Assembly (NCBI GenBank): GCA_976226885.1 | Contig: OZ320316.1 | Location: 56,048,001 to 56,112,000 of the forward strand | DNA length: 64,000 bases | DNA from: Iphione sp. A-MEVVRFRX5 | Taxonomy: Eukaryota | Direction of reading: 5' to 3' | Part shown: piece by piece, positions 48,421 through 62,682 of the stretch | Numbering within the stretch: position 1 is the stretch's first letter | Layout of the letters: each line of letters opens with the position of its first letter | The notes under the pieces: model-generated | Database searches by the model: none | Told to the model about the DNA's origin: nothing | What the model saw: the letters and a program-made list of their open reading frames with translations, nothing else | Translations under genes and position numbers: made by a program

Positions 48421-51400
48421 TAAGCATGCATTACCATTTTGATGTATAATCGTTGCTCATCGATATACTAATAAAGATTATATTTCTGAAAACAAAAGCA
48501 GAAATCATCAACATTTACATAGAATGAAATGCATGTATGTGTACATAGACACCGGTTTAGACATACACAGCCACACGCCTGCCAGTGTACTCTGGTCCTT
48601 CAACATGAATAGCTACTCGAAATCACATTATATATACACTCACATGGATACACGTACAGATGCACACGCAAATCACCGCAAGCCTGCAGCCCGGTGAAAC
48701 TATGAGATATGATCACCCCTCCCCCCTTACTTTTATGAGGGCTGCCCAATAACAATATATATCGGAATTTGCGCAAAGCCAGGAATTGTAATATTGCTGT
48801 CTTTACATTCACTAATCATTTTTAAGATATGTATATTAAAATGCCCATTTCTGATCAACCATCAATTAGGACATCTCACATTATGGACGGGCGAGTGAAA
48901 CTTGTATCCATGTTCAAGTGCTTCTGCAAACTGGGACAGCCCCCTTGGAGAACTGTTCTGGGGCAGAACCTATGCTGTTCGGCTTAGAGGGATTCTACTA
49001 TGTACACCTTGTATATATACCTGACCTGTATTCCTGATGTATGTGTGAAAATAGGAATTCGTGTCTACTGAAACACACAATACCTAAAATACGCGTGATC
49101 AAACACGTAATTATAAACATGCACGCATATACATATACCTATAACTAAGAACATGTACAGAAATATGCATGTATACATACATGTGTATAAGTATATTGCA
49201 CCAGCTCCTTTATGTATAGAGGCAATGGAGTAGTATACACTCAACCACATCCTTGATATACATATTTCACTGAAGCCTACTTCTCGCTTATCTGAAGCAT
49301 TCTCTGTCGCCCGACATCATCAGATCAAAACGGCCTTGGAGCACTAAACGTCAGATAAGTATCAGCCGTAGGAAAGAACATAGCTGGTTTCCTCCTCCTG
49401 ACGCCTATCAAATCCCGACTCCTCTCCTCCCTGCACACGCAAAGTCCCATCGCACCCTATCTCGAACACTTCACTCAAAGCCGTTCCCCCGAGGCCTCCT
49501 TCCTACCCATTACCCATTCATCTTCCATTCATTCCCTTATAACCATACCCTTTTCCGATGACTTCCTACTGCTCACTTTGCATCCCGTCGGAAATACTCA
49601 TGTCTCATCAGTTCTCTTCCACGGCCTCCAATCCGCCCACTCCACCCCCCAATCCCATCCTTACCTTTCGTGCACCCCAACAGACTTTAAGAGCTGAGTT
49701 TTCATATCAAAAGTTATTTCTAGGAGGTCAGGGAAATGTCCCCTCTCTGTACCACATGTGCAAAATCCGTGTACGTTAGCAATCTAACAAGGAGGTCGTG
49801 AATTACTGAGTATTCCTCTGCATAATGCACAAATTAGTGGTGCGAGAACGTACTTGGGAGTTAATTTCACCATATTATATAATACATTCATACTTCTCTG
49901 TACGTTACCCTAGTTTTTTGGACTGAAAACGCTTCTCAAAGTTACATGTATATATCTAAATATGTCTATTAAAGACACAACATTCCATGTTTTTTGTATG
50001 CATCTAAGTTCCTATGTGGACGATTTTGGACACCGTGATGGTAAGAATTACATCTGCAGTATAGTATCTGTGAATGAACTTTACAGTGAACAATCTAGTC
50101 AAGTAGACAAGACAAGAGCTATTTTCTAGATACTACTAGTATGTAATACCATTAAAGTGAATGCAGAATTATATTTGTTAATAGTTGTTAATAGTCAATT
50201 CGGTAAATGAAGGTTCTAAATCAAAAACTTTCGTGTAGAAAATGAAAGCGGATGCCTTTACACTTTAACAACAAGAAACACAGGGAGGTGTTTCCATGTA
50301 CTGGGTGTTTTAGGCCATGGAAACAAGAAATAAGCCATGTTATCTATGTTTTGTGTTTAAAGAAACACATTACCGCACATGACTACACATTTCCGCACAT
50401 TATCGCACATGTTCTTTTTTAGCTGTTTTTCGGCTGAGTTTCCATGAAATATACCATTTAGTTTTTCAGACCAGTTTGCCTGATATGTGCCTTGTTTCAC
50501 TCGAGTTTGGCCGGTTTTTGGTTATTTCAACCCCACCTTATACTGTCATGTTTCCGTGGAAAATGAGACATGTTCCATTTTGAAAACATGGCCCAGGCCC
50601 ACGTGGTCCACAGCCCATGGCCCACGCCCACATGGAATCAGCTCTCCTGTTAACATTATTCCAAAACATTAAACACATTGAAAACATGCCTACATACATC
50701 ATGGCGACACGCTAACATGGAAACCATGCCTTAGATCATTAAAAAGGTTAAACTGTTCATATCACCAATGCGTTTATATGTATATTAATGGCTTCCAAAT
50801 GTTGCAGTCCATCCGTTTACTGCACAATCTAGCTTTGAGATTCACTTTGATCTTGTGGTTAGTAGATCCTATTCCATTTGTCTTCATGACTCCTAAAGCA
50901 GTGACTATATAGCTCGCTTATTCCATGTTTCTTCTTCTATGCACAACAGCAGATACATCTAAAATGCTTGTTATGACTAAATGGTACACTGTAAAAAGCT
51001 ATCTGGAAACGGGATACAAAGAGAAAAAAACATCATATTTATCATAAATCGGAAAAATACTAGGTTACACATTTTATGACTGGCTTCTCTCTGTTAACAG
51101 GGCTATCGTTTCGTTAAAGTTGTTTTACATGATGTTGAGTCTTCCCAACCATAATAGTATCATTGTCATATCCTACTTATGTTGCATAAATATATGTTTT
51201 TGGGTCGGTGGCCTTCAGTCGTTGACTTGCTGTCAAGAACAGTCTATGCTGTTCTATATGTTGATGATCTGACTGTTTTGGTGGGTATCAAAGATTTCAT
51301 TTCTTAATGTGTAAGGTACCGGATGCGATAATAGATGCACTGTCCCAACCCGATTGAAGGCACTCATTACTACATGGTACCCGTGGTGTTTTCAGTCGAT

Positions 51401-51581
51401 GCCATGCCAAGTATTTACAACTTCTATCACGACTTATAGGCATAGAGATGCAAAAAGACAGCATTTGTCAATGTCCGATAAACATTGCCAACATGCTTGA
51501 CAATAAGATGAAGTTTAGGTACCACTCTACGAAAAGGTCAAAATGTCACGGGAACTGTGTGTTTGGTCAGTAGTCTGTGGC

Positions 51582-51800
51582 ACTGGTAGATGGAAAGCTA
51601 GGCTAAAAGTTCAGCACAGAAATGTATACTTGAAAGAGGTACTGTGCAACTGGTAGCTGGAAAGCTAGGCTAAAAGTTCACTCAGTGCACTAGCAGTAGT
51701 AGGAGTGGCTATGTGTGTTCACTCGGTGCAACCATGTGATCACTTAAGTTGCACTACCGGATTGCCTGCAACGTTTTTCTAGGGGTCACTTGGTGCAGAG
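51582..51800. repeat. Degenerate tandem repeats (32-bp block twice at 67-bp period, then TCACT.GGTGCA-type units)
   Basis: ACTGGTAG(A/C)TGGAAAGCTAGGCTAAAAGTTCA at 51582 and 51649. TCACT(C/T)(A/G)GTGCA at ~51678, ~51719 and ~51787. Confidence 0.8.
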
Positions 51801-53502
51801 CAGGGGTACTACTAACTAAAGTTTCTGCACGATTTCCCAATAAGGTAACAGTGGTGACATGCAAAATCACCTGATCCTGTATTGCAATACTGTATCAGAG
51901 TACTGGATGTTGATTGGTTAATCCTTAGCTAGCAGGGGGATCACTGATGAGTTGGGCTACTTTGTATCCTATATGACTGTTTTCAATTAGCTAAATGCCT
52001 TGATGTACACTGTTTGATTGCTGCACTGTATCTAAAACATTCCATGATGAGATTTGATTAGTGACACCTGCATGGTGTCACATGGCCATGACTCCCTATA
52101 TAGACGTACAAGCATGGTATGAAGATTAAAGGACTTAAAACTGGAACGCAGAGTGCTGAAGTTCTTTACTGAACACAAGCTAATACCACAATACTGTGGA
52201 GATGGTATTTGCCCCTTGACCATTTGTACATGCAGGTTGTACTCTGTGAACCCCAGCTATATTAGTGGCCATAGTGCCATGACCAGACCTAAGCATAGAG
52301 TGAACTTATTTAATCCAGTTTTGTGCTATACGTGACCTTGGACTCTGGATACCCCTGGTAATCCAGGCACTTGATACTTGGTAGCTAATCCCTGGAGCTG
52401 ATTGGTGAATAATATGTACGAAGGCAACACTGTATCAGTTTTATTCCACAAGTAGATACAATTGGATATATTCATTGGTCGTATAACATTCCCTCCTGCT
52501 ATAAATATGGACCCTGTGTGGCCAATACATCAGTCTTTACTTGGGGCTACTTTGTGGAACTTGTCTTTCTGGGGATGATAACCAAACTACCCCACTTGGA
52601 ACTACATTGAGGGATGACTATTAGATTAAATCACTTAGGAATAATAGTGAGAATAGCCACTCACTAAGTATTACTGAGAGGAATAGCTGAATTAGGCCGA
52701 GTATGAAATTTCAACAAACTATAATACATTCTAGACAGTGGGTTCAGCGGCTGGCATTGACTTGGACGCTATCTCTGTCGTTAATGCCATCGGAATCTAT
52801 ACCACTTAATCCCACCAAAATCTTGACAATACGTCTGGTATGTGTACCGACCATATTCTGTATCGTAATTCGCACTCTGTTTTCTCTTTGAAAAAAGACT
52901 CCATATCGGGATGACTCAGTCTGCTCCAGTGTGGGGTGTAGTAAAATGGAGCTGTCCTGTGATCGTAGAAGATAGGTTGATTACTGTGTGTATGTCCCAC
53001 ATCTCCAAGTCGGTAAACACCAGTCGCAAAATATAAAAGCACATGTAGGTCATGAAGTCAGGAGGACGAGAGGAGAAATACACGGCCACAACCACCCCTT
53101 CCCCACCTCCGTCCGATGGTTTTGAAAGTGAAATTATATGGTTAAATATATTCATACTCATACATACACTTCAAACCAATTACATGGAAAAGAATGTACA
53201 AGAGCCTATATAGATATAATTGCCTCATAGGTTCTTTCCATAGGTAGTGGAAAGTGTTTGTACTTAAACCAATGCAAGAATCAAGCATTGGTCTCGGCAA
53301 ATACCCTATAAAAGGGAAAATGACGTTTTTGTCATTCTTTAGTTTCAATAGATCTGATCTATATTTTGTGGAGTACGTGTACGTAACAAACAGAACATGT
53401 GTTAACCCTATAAACATATATTCTGAATGAGAGGGAAGACGTGTGCCTTTCTGGATGAGTTTTTTCCCCGCTGTTCACTTCAAGGACAATGCATGCTACG
53501 AA

Positions 53503-53570
53503 GGAATTTTGAACCACGGACGCTTTGTCGCGTATTTAGAATGCTGAAGCTTACCACCAAGTTGCGCCAG
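53503..53570 (-). mobile_element. tRNA-derived SINE head (degenerate)
   Basis: Minus TGGCGCAACTTGGTGGTAAGC (A-box-like) ... GGTTCAAAATTCC (B-box-like). Confidence 0.4.
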
Positions 53571-53918
53571 AACATCTAACTGAGAGAAAGTGTTCCTAGT
53601 GTTGAAGCCCCCACAATAGTTAAGTTCAGGATACATCGGCACCCCCGACAGGAGAAAACACCCTGTTCCCACCCTTCGCCCCGTACGTAGCCTTTATACC
53701 CACTGCGGGCAGAGGTTGTGTTTACTTTACAAGTCACGTCTGCTGACCTTTTCACATCACGGGGTGGGCGACGAGGGAGATTGAATACACGATTCCAAAA
53801 GAGGGCCACAGTCTTACAACTCCCATCACCCTGAGGATCAGGGTTTCTGTAGTAACTGAGTATACACGTACAGACAGACATTAGGTATAACATGGCTTTC
53901 ACTGAAACGACATATTCA

Positions 53919-54279
53919 TTAGGCCCCCCAAAAAAATAGGTGTGTTTCTGGTAACCCATCCCTACCTAGTAAAACCTTACCCTACCTAAATATTTTTTGG
54001 CCCCAAAGAGTTTCCGTGGCTGAATTTCCTTACATATATGTATTCATGGCACATGTTTTTGGTAAATCAGTAGAAAAACAACAAAATCCATGGAAATTCA
54101 CCAAAAACTGTAAAACTCATACAGATTGGTCAAAACTCTTGATATTGTCTTTATTATTATTATTATCGAAAACCAGAGGGAGAAACTGGGAAAAAATATA
54201 TAAAAAAAAGAAAAAAGATCCCCCCCCTCCCTATCTAGGTTTTTGGCTGAAAAAACACACGTATTTTGGGGGAGCCTTA
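53919..54279. mobile_element. Academ-like MITE with both TIRs
   Basis: Left TTAGGCCCCCCAAAAAAATAGGTGTGTTT versus right (rc) TAAGGCTCCCCCAAAATACGTGTGTTT, with subterminal CCCTACCTA motifs. Confidence 0.65.
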
Positions 54280-54689
54280 TAATGTAAGACATGGATAAAT
54301 AAAGTTGTGAACACACCAAAGTCTAGTTCCAAACTGTTTATTACTTGTTCATTTGTTCATTGCCTAGCCCAGGGTATAGCCTTCACTTTTCAGGCTAATT
54401 CTGAAGTTCTGGCCTACTGTACTGGGTAGATAATTCATGGGTTGGAGGTGTGCCTGCTCTGTCACAGGAACTGATTTTACTATAGTCAGGTAGCATGGAT
54501 GGGGATGTGTACAGGGGATAGCTGTGCGCAGCAAGTGAACTTGTGCCACTCAAGGTAGGGGCTGCACACCACACTTATGAGCACCAGGAACCATGCGTGA
54601 TGTGTATCATGCCCCAAATTTGAAGGGTTCATGTGGCTGAGCAGGTGTTGCCAATCGTATGGTCCATGGGTGGTTGTGGGACACTGTTT

Positions 54690-54947
54690 TCTCCTGTTAT
54701 TTGTAGAAAAATGAGAAAAATTCGAGTTTAAAATGTGTATTACAATAGCACTCTTAGTGGATAGATTTTGATGAAACTCATGTCAAATGAAATCTTGTAA
54801 CCTAAGGAACACAATGATGTATTGTAAGACGCTCTAACTTAATTCATTCTAGAGATATTTACAAAACAATAATAAAATAAAAAGTTCCATTTGTACTAAA
54901 ATACGGGTCAGTCAGGTTACAGGAAGCATTTTTTTGTTTAGGCATAA
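54690..54947 (-). mobile_element. Academ-like element, reverse-oriented relative of 16478-16802
   Basis: rc terminus TATGCCTAAACAAAAAAATGCTTCCTGTAACCTGACTGACCC and rc internal TTCCTTAGGTTACAAGATTTCATT. Left end approximate. Confidence 0.55.
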
Positions 54948-55089
54948 CACCAGGCTTGGACTGGGAGCTCCAGGAGGCCAGGCACTCAGTAGGCCTATGT
55001 CACTACCTGGCTAGCATTATGATCTAACTTTCAGAACCCATTTCAAGGTGGCGCTGACGCCATGACTGCTGCTACTACTGGAGGTGTGA

Positions 55090-58000
55090 TTCATACCACA
55101 TTCATACCCAGGGGACAAAAAGGTGGAGAAGGGATAGGAGAGTAGGGATGAGGGAAAGAGATAGTGGAGAAGAGGTTTTGGGGGGCCTCAGCACATCAAG
55201 GAGCAGTACAGACCATCACACACCCAAAGAAGTACAGTTGAGTCAGGCATACCTCAGGGGGTAGGTCCCGTAGGAAGGCCGCATCTCTTGTGGGGAGAGG
55301 CAATGGGTGAGCCTGCAGTTAGGGACAGGTTCTTCTGTTATTGACACTGGTATGAGTGACAGTGGCATGGCCCCATGGCAGCATTGGAGATCATTCATTC
55401 ATTAATGAGGTCTTTTGTAGAACTATTCAAAGCCATCATCCTGGGCACACTTGATCATGTGTGCTGCAAGGTGGGGATCTGAGAAGAGAACTAGGCTCTC
55501 ACCACTACACCACTACCATATCTGTAAATGGGAGCAATGATCATCTCCTGACAGTTGGTCAAGATGTGGTGGATCAAGAAGATCTCCCCAAATATGCAAG
55601 GTTGTTAGTCTGGTAAGTCTACCAGACTGCAGTATCCTAGCCTTAGTCTCTTGGCTGTGGTCTGGATGCTTCTCCAAGCGTTCAACCTTGGAGGAGGCAG
55701 GTCTGCATTATAGAAGCTGGTACCACTTCAATCTGTGAGATGGTCAAGCAGTGTCTAGGCTGGATCTCTATTTTTCCATGGCCATTCTCTTCATGGATGA
55801 TAGAGTTCACTGCAGGGAGGGATCAGTGGGCATGGTAACAGCAGCTGATAATAAAGGTATCTTGACTACCTTTTCTGCTGCCCCTTTCAGTGATACCTAC
55901 ATGTGAAGGGATCTAGTGGAAGACGTTTCTGAGCCCATCAATTGCTTACACGAGCTACATAACAAAATGTCCTACACACAGTGATGCATCCATTGTTACT
56001 GATTCATTGCAAGTACATGTCCAGTGCTATACAGATTGCGGTAAGCTCAGTGGTAAAGCTGGATGCCCCGTCACTAACCCCTTTGGCAGCCCAGTCTGGT
56101 AAGGCTACAAAGGCAGTGCTTGCTGTCCCTGTCTCTGAGTTTATGCTTCCGTTGATATAAATATGTAGAGATTCAAGATTGTCTCCTGAATCTCCTCTGC
56201 CTTTAGAAGCACAATTGTTTTCAGGATGGCAGCTTTGATGTCCACTTTCTTGGTTGATGGTAACTTTGCCACTATGATGACTGGAAGTGGTTTCCAGAGT
56301 GGCAAGTTAAGCGGACCTAATCTGGTGATGAAGTGACCACCTAGGCTTAGAGCCTGCTTGATGGTCCCCCTCAGAGCCTTAGTCATGCCCTTGCATCTGA
56401 TTTCAGGATTCTCAAGTCCTTTCTTGAGGATGCCCATCAGGCTTGCGCCCAGTGTGGTGGCTGTCCTTACCAGGAAGGAGGCTGCATCTTGTTGGATGCA
56501 ATCCTTGATCAGGGGAAGATCTTTTTCTTATTGCATCATCTTGATCCTGGTGAACATTGGAGCTGTGACCATCTTCCTTATGGCAACATTCTGTTGATGG
56601 TCTAATGCCCCCAGTAGCAGATTTGTCTTGCTGTGTAGCTTCTTCTTCAGAGTTCAGGCATGCTCCAGCAAGAAGCTGAGTGCCAGAACAGTATAGTCTA
56701 TGATGGATAGGACCGCCTGGATATAGTATTGGTACAGGATCCATGTTTGCAACCCAGGCGAATCCTGAGAATACAGCCATGAGTCTAAGCCTGTCACTTA
56801 GTTTCTTGGTGATGTACCTCACTATGAGTTGTATGGAGTGATCCTCAAGGATAACACTACCTAGGTATTTGTAGCTGGTTAACCTCTCAATTTGGCCCCT
56901 TCCAAATTCTAGTTCCTGGCCTGGCCTGCCCCCTTTGATGAAAATGGCCTTGGTTTTTGAAAGTGAAACTTTTAAACCAAGGCATTGACATTTCTTCCAG
57001 ATGATATTGAGTGTATGGTTAGCTGTGGAGCATACATTAATTCTGTTCACGCAGATCAGGGTAATGTCATCTGCCTAGGAGAACATGGTTATCTCTGGTA
57101 TTTGGGTGGCAACCAGCTGCTCCATGGTAGAGTTGAAGAGCAGTGAGCTGAGCACACCTCCCTCAGGTACGCTATTGTGTAGATCATTTTACCCTAAGGA
57201 TTGTCCCTAGAAAGATACCCTTACTTCCCTTTCCTGTAGTTGTCTGCAACATAGGCAAGTAATTTTCCTTTTACTCCAGACTTTGCTAGGCAGCTTAGGA
57301 CCATGGTGTGGTCCATAAACTCAAAGGCCTTTTCTAGATCAAGATAAATGACAATGGATTCCAGTCTCCCTTGTACAGCACCTAAATTTTGTCCAGCACA
57401 GTGTTAAACCAGAGTGCTATGGAACAACTTGGCATGAAGCCATAGATGTGTTTTGGAAGTTTCTGTCCCAACAGGTCAGTGGTATGCTTGACTCTTTGGA
57501 CCAGAGCCTTCTCCAGCACTATATCAATTGTTTGTAGCAATGTTATGGGTCTTTGCCTGCCTTCTGGTTTGGGTATGAGTATGATGTTGCCCAGTTTCCA
57601 AGCTATGGGAATTTTGCCTTCCTGTCAGGAAGGTTGGTTTGACTTGTTTTTCTGGTGAATAGGCAGGCAGGTTCCTCTGCTTTTTCCTCTGGGTTGGGTA
57701 GGTGGGCAGATTTGGAAGTCTTGCCTTTGATTTTGTCCTAAAGCTCTTTGGTTGTGGTGTGAGCATTAAATGTGCCACACTAATCTTCCCAAGCTCTGCT
57801 TTCTCTTCTGAGTAGACCTTTTGGCCCATTTCTGGGCTTGCCGCAGAGCTTCCAGTGTGGCAGGGGTAGAGATCTTTTGGCAAAGTCTTTCGAGCTGGTT
57901 GACAGCTGCCATGGCTCTCTAGGACCAGGGTGAGTTGTACCACCAGCAATAACTTCTAGCTTTCCCAGACCTTGGTGTGTTTTTATCCACCACAGCACAG

Positions 58001-58150
58001 GGTATTTTGGCAAGCGTCTCATAGTCTTAAGGTCTATCTTTTCCTTCCTGCCTGGTGAGTGTCTCAAAGTCTTCGTTGATCTTGTTCCAGTCCACTTCCT
58101 TAATATCTAACCTGCCTGGTCTTGGCAGAGGGTTGACATTTATTCATTAG
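55090..58150 (-). mobile_element. 5'-truncated I-group LINE (I/Nimb/Ingi-like) with RT and RNase H, pseudogenised
   Basis: WKLGNIILIPKP, YLDLEKAFE, VPEGGVLSSLLFN, *ADD (~57075) and YKYLG. RNase H at ~56160-55860: YINGS...SSFTTELTAI..AL...IPSHVGI. Purine-rich (plus) 3' UTR. Confidence 0.85.
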
Positions 58151-61100
58151 CTCGATCCTTCTTTTATATTCTCATTAACAAAGTAACAACCAATCAAAAT
58201 GTCCTTATCATTAACATAGCGAACCACATCACAGCTTCTTATAAAGATACATTATATACAATTATGGAATGATTTTTGCTAATTTGCTCAAAGTTACATG
58301 TTTTGCAATAAAGTGACATATCATGGAACAGTAAGCCAGCCAATCAGCAGAGCCAGTGCCAAATATAGAGTAATGGCTAGTAGACCATAAGCTAAAAGGA
58401 ATATGTGTAAAATAAGGGGAGAGGGGTAGAGTGGCCATAGCCTGATCAATTAGGGGGTAGAAGTTTCCATTAGGTTGAAGACATGACCGAAAATTTCAAG
58501 CTATGGGCTTATACACTGTCAAGATTTTCAGGCTGTGGAAGTAGTCACTCTCACACTAATGACACACTTAAAATCCAGTTATACTCTTACGATAAACATG
58601 AGGTTACATACAATAATCGTTCTGTGAAATGACAAATTTCCTGTGATACTTCTCATTGTAACTGGTTGCCACTGTAATTGCACCTCTCATTCTACGTTAC
58701 CATAAACAGTCGAGGGAGAGTAATCCTATTTACAGTTTCTGTTTTGTGACAATAAATGTGTCAGCGTTGCCGCGCTCTATCACTCTTAACTATTCTCTCC
58801 AAACTACAGTTACAGGTCGCACGAGCCGGAAATGCGATGATATACCCTAATTCGAAAATGGAAAATGGAAAACCACAATTTTTTGTTCTCGTGTCATTTT
58901 GTCGGAACAAATGCAACTGTCAGCCTCCTATATCAATACATATAGTGGGAAGAATTCGTTTTTTTTTAAGAATTAGTTTTTTTTAAGAATTGGTCGAGAA
59001 TACTGTTTTTTTCATTGCAAACCACCAAGGCATTCAATTGTTAGTTGGGAGCGACAAAAAGTGTATGATATTCCAGCAAAGACCGTTGCTTCCTCAGCAA
59101 TATGTTATACGATTTGTCTACTAAATACTATCAGTCAAGATGCGTTGGACCTTTTACATAGCAGCAGAAAACCTTTTATATTGTCGGATACCTGTTACTG
59201 CCTGAATCACGAATGTTCTATCATCTTATTTGCCACTACAAGAAACCATCCGGTAGTGCTGCGATAACAAACAAACCTAAATGAAGTCAGGTCTAACTCT
59301 GCCAGACTGTTGAGGCCAATACCAAACAGCCATCTTTCTCTAGTACATTGCACGATAGCGGCGCCGCCGGCACCCATCCCAAACTGCCAATACACATGGG
59401 ACCTCGGCGAAATGGATTGAGCACCAAACGGGGCAAAACACATACGTGGAGCAACAACTATTTTGGTCGTCGTAGTCTCTGCAATTTAAATTTTGTTTCT
59501 CTAAAATGGTGGTAATCCATTAACATTAACGGTGGTCTGTTATTTCCTGGTGGAATTCTTGGTAACACATTTTCTGACTTCCAGACTTCTTGGAAGCCCT
59601 TTATGAAGAAGGTCGCGGATGATTCCCCCCTGGAGGCACAAGCGTGGGAGATAAACGCGATTTGTTTTCACAAACAAGCGCCAGGCTGCTGCCTCGTTTT
59701 CAGTGGTTTCTTGGAATCAAACCAATCAAGTGACGATCCACAGGGAGACCCCCCACCCTCGTGAGCGACGAGCGGGAGTGGACTGCTGGGAACCGGCAGG
59801 AGGTGCATGTGTTGATGGTGCCTTAATTCAAAAACAGACATTGTTGCACCGAAAATTCATGTGTTGGCGTTAAGTAGGCAAATCTGTCTTCTTCATCATG
59901 AAAAAGGGATGATGGTCCTGTCATATCAGGAATAGTAGGTAGAGAAACGGCATCTGATCTATGGGAAATGATAAAGTCTGCTTTGCTTTCAGCTAATTAG
60001 GAGTAATATTTCCAAATGCTACCTCACTTATTCGGGTGGACAAGTGGTTATCTGTCATATTAAGAAGGCAAAGAAATACGAATACCTTTATGTCTGGAAC
60101 TGTTTTGTGGTGGCTGTAATTCGTTTCGTCGAAACTACAGACCACCCACTGTCTGAGCCGTTGGCCTAGTATTTACCTGACGACAACTTCTGAGACCTCA
60201 AATGGGCCTCCCACAGAATGCAGAGATGTGGTACAGACGCTGTAAGCGTGTTCTGTTTCAGGTTATCATCAAAGTCCGCAAGAAGTATTTAATGTGAATC
60301 AAGGCCCGTTTTCCAAAAGTTCTGCTACAACATTTCTTGGAGTACCGATCTGTTACGTCACGCCTGCCGAAAGTGTGGAAAGACAGACTGTCATGACTGG
60401 CAAATGCTGGGCATATCCCACTATCGCTAGTAGACTATAAATTGAACTGCTTGTATAACGCCCTGATATTCATATATTATGGACATGAAAAATGAGAAGT
60501 CAAGCAGCCTTTTCTCTAGTTCTTTACTTTCATTGCTACTTAATTTTATTCTACACAAGGCTGATTTGAGCCAAGGAAACGTCACGGAACGCAGAGAGGC
60601 TAATGGCTCTGTCAAGGCCCTGTGTTATGCATATGGCCGGTCTACTTAACATCTGCACATACCTGCCGAGACATTATAAAGTACATGCGTTCGGAGGGGA
60701 TGAGAACAAGCATCCTTAGTTATTTGAAAATCGATTCGTCTTCAGAGTGCCTTTTTCTCCAGCCAATCAGGATAGATAATGGCCATTACCGGGTAATAAG
60801 AGAAACATCTGCTTCCGCAGCGCCCAATTTGCCCTTGGATCCTCATGGATAGGGGGTGACTTGAAGGATGTGGTAGAGGTCCTGAGATCAGGAAGTAGGT
60901 TGAAAGTTGCAGATAGAGAAGCTGATTGAGGTTGGAAGGATGGATTGCTCCACGTTTTACGGTGTTCTGGTATATCGTGTGGAGGGTTAGGGATGGATGA
61001 ATTCGATTTGAGGTGTAAGGTGGAAAGAGGGGAAGGGCGAATCAGGAGTAGTCAGTGGGGCGGTGTGATTATTTGTGCAGTGGGAGAGTGCCGAGGTGTT

Positions 61101-62682
61101 TGATTGGAAGGGTAAATCAAATAAAGAGGATATCAGAAAGATAAAGATGTCTTGCAGATATCTTAGAAATTAGTTTACCGAAAAAATCTGCCATTCCAAA
61201 CCATTGTTTTACATCAATTTACACGAACACAGTGTCTACTGATGACAACTGACATTGGATATATTTAAAGCACTTTTATATTATTCACTAAACCCGGTGT
61301 GTTTGAGCATATCCAATGTGTAAGAAGTGAGGCCTGTTGTGTTTAGTCAAGGAAACATATGTGTCTAGAGGGTGGGTGACAGGAAAGACAGACAGGAAAA
61401 TGTATTCCTCTAACAAATTTTGCAGCGCTGAATCTTAGTAGCTATATTCAAACATAATCTAAACACTTGACATGTTCCTGCTAGTTTCCTTTATGTCTAT
61501 ATGGATTTCATAGTTCGGCAAACACCATCTTAAAAGTTATTTTAACTTACACAGGTTGGTTATTATAAACAAGGGGGTGTGATACTGACAATGAAACCAA
61601 CATATCAGGCAGTGCATACGTGTTAGAACCGCTTTAGATTATTGGTCCTACCTTAGACATCCATTAAATGACACATCACATATTTAGTAGACGAGACAAC
61701 AGTTGATTCATGTGCGATCTACTCTAAAAATTTACAAGCCTTTATTAATTTATCACTTTCCGCTATCTGAGTGCCTAAATTCCTGCTTGCTGCCATCCGG
61801 TTAAATGTAATCTGACTCATTAAATTCAGAATGATTACTTTGCATGCGGCAAGCGTAATAGACAGACACATAAAGAAAGAATAACAAAGGCAAACAAGAG
61901 CTGTCCTTTAGAAAGGATCGGTTCAAACACATTTGCTATATTCTAAAAAGGCTGTGGATCTGTCTATATGTACCTACTGTGTCCATCAATCAGTCACCAT
62001 GCACTTCATTTGCACTATTCAGGTGTGGCTTTTAAATATCCATTCTTCATGAAAGTGAGGTTGAATTTTTTATAGATATTTTCCAGATATGTTACGTTAC
62101 AAAATCCCGGGTTTGAGGCATTTTTTGTTCAGATATATAAGGGGAAAAATGAGTCTGAAACACTTTTTTCCACGTGCACATTCACGCCACACACGCGCGC
62201 ACACATAGGCAGTGTCCTTCATGCCCATCTCTTCCGCCTTCTCCAACCTGTGGCCACTCTATGTATGGTAAAATGTGGGGTCTTCTCTTTGTTCCAACTA
62301 TGTAGAACACTTAGCAGGAGGGACTTTGAAAGAGGGGAGGCTCGGTTCAAGTCGATGGTCAGGAAACCCATGGGGACCCAATCAGAACCGAAGAAAATGC
62401 ATTTTCTATGTCACTGAAGGTAGTAGTCAAAGTGATGGCGTCCTGGACCAGATAGTGAAAACAAATGCTCCTCGAGCGGAAAAAGAAGCCCATCCAAAGG
62501 CTCCTGTATGGGAATCAGCTGAATAAGAACGCACGTTTTCTATGCGTCCAAGTAATATGCATTACGGCCGACAACCGCGTCATTGAAAACAGCAGTACTT
62601 CCGTATACGTGGCAGACAGAAAAACAGTCGTAGCAATTACTGCTGCAACGACATCGCTATTGGTGAACACAGACTGCAGTTA

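Noticed and set aside
48734-48752. Mariner-like terminus TA|TGAGGGCTGCCCAATAA
   Set aside because: No partner TIR or transposase remnant found.
51578-51590. miR-183-like TGGCACTGGTAGA
   Set aside because: It is part of a local tandem duplication, the 5' end and 3' half do not match, and there is no hairpin.
55243-55260. Plus-strand SGIPQG as a separate RT fragment
   Set aside because: Six residues inside the 3' UTR of the minus-strand I-group LINE, with no flanking RT motifs.
60109-60146. Short hairpin GGTGGCTGTAATTCG...CGAAACTACAGACCACC
   Set aside because: Only ~38 nt with bulges, too short for a pre-miRNA, and no other support.
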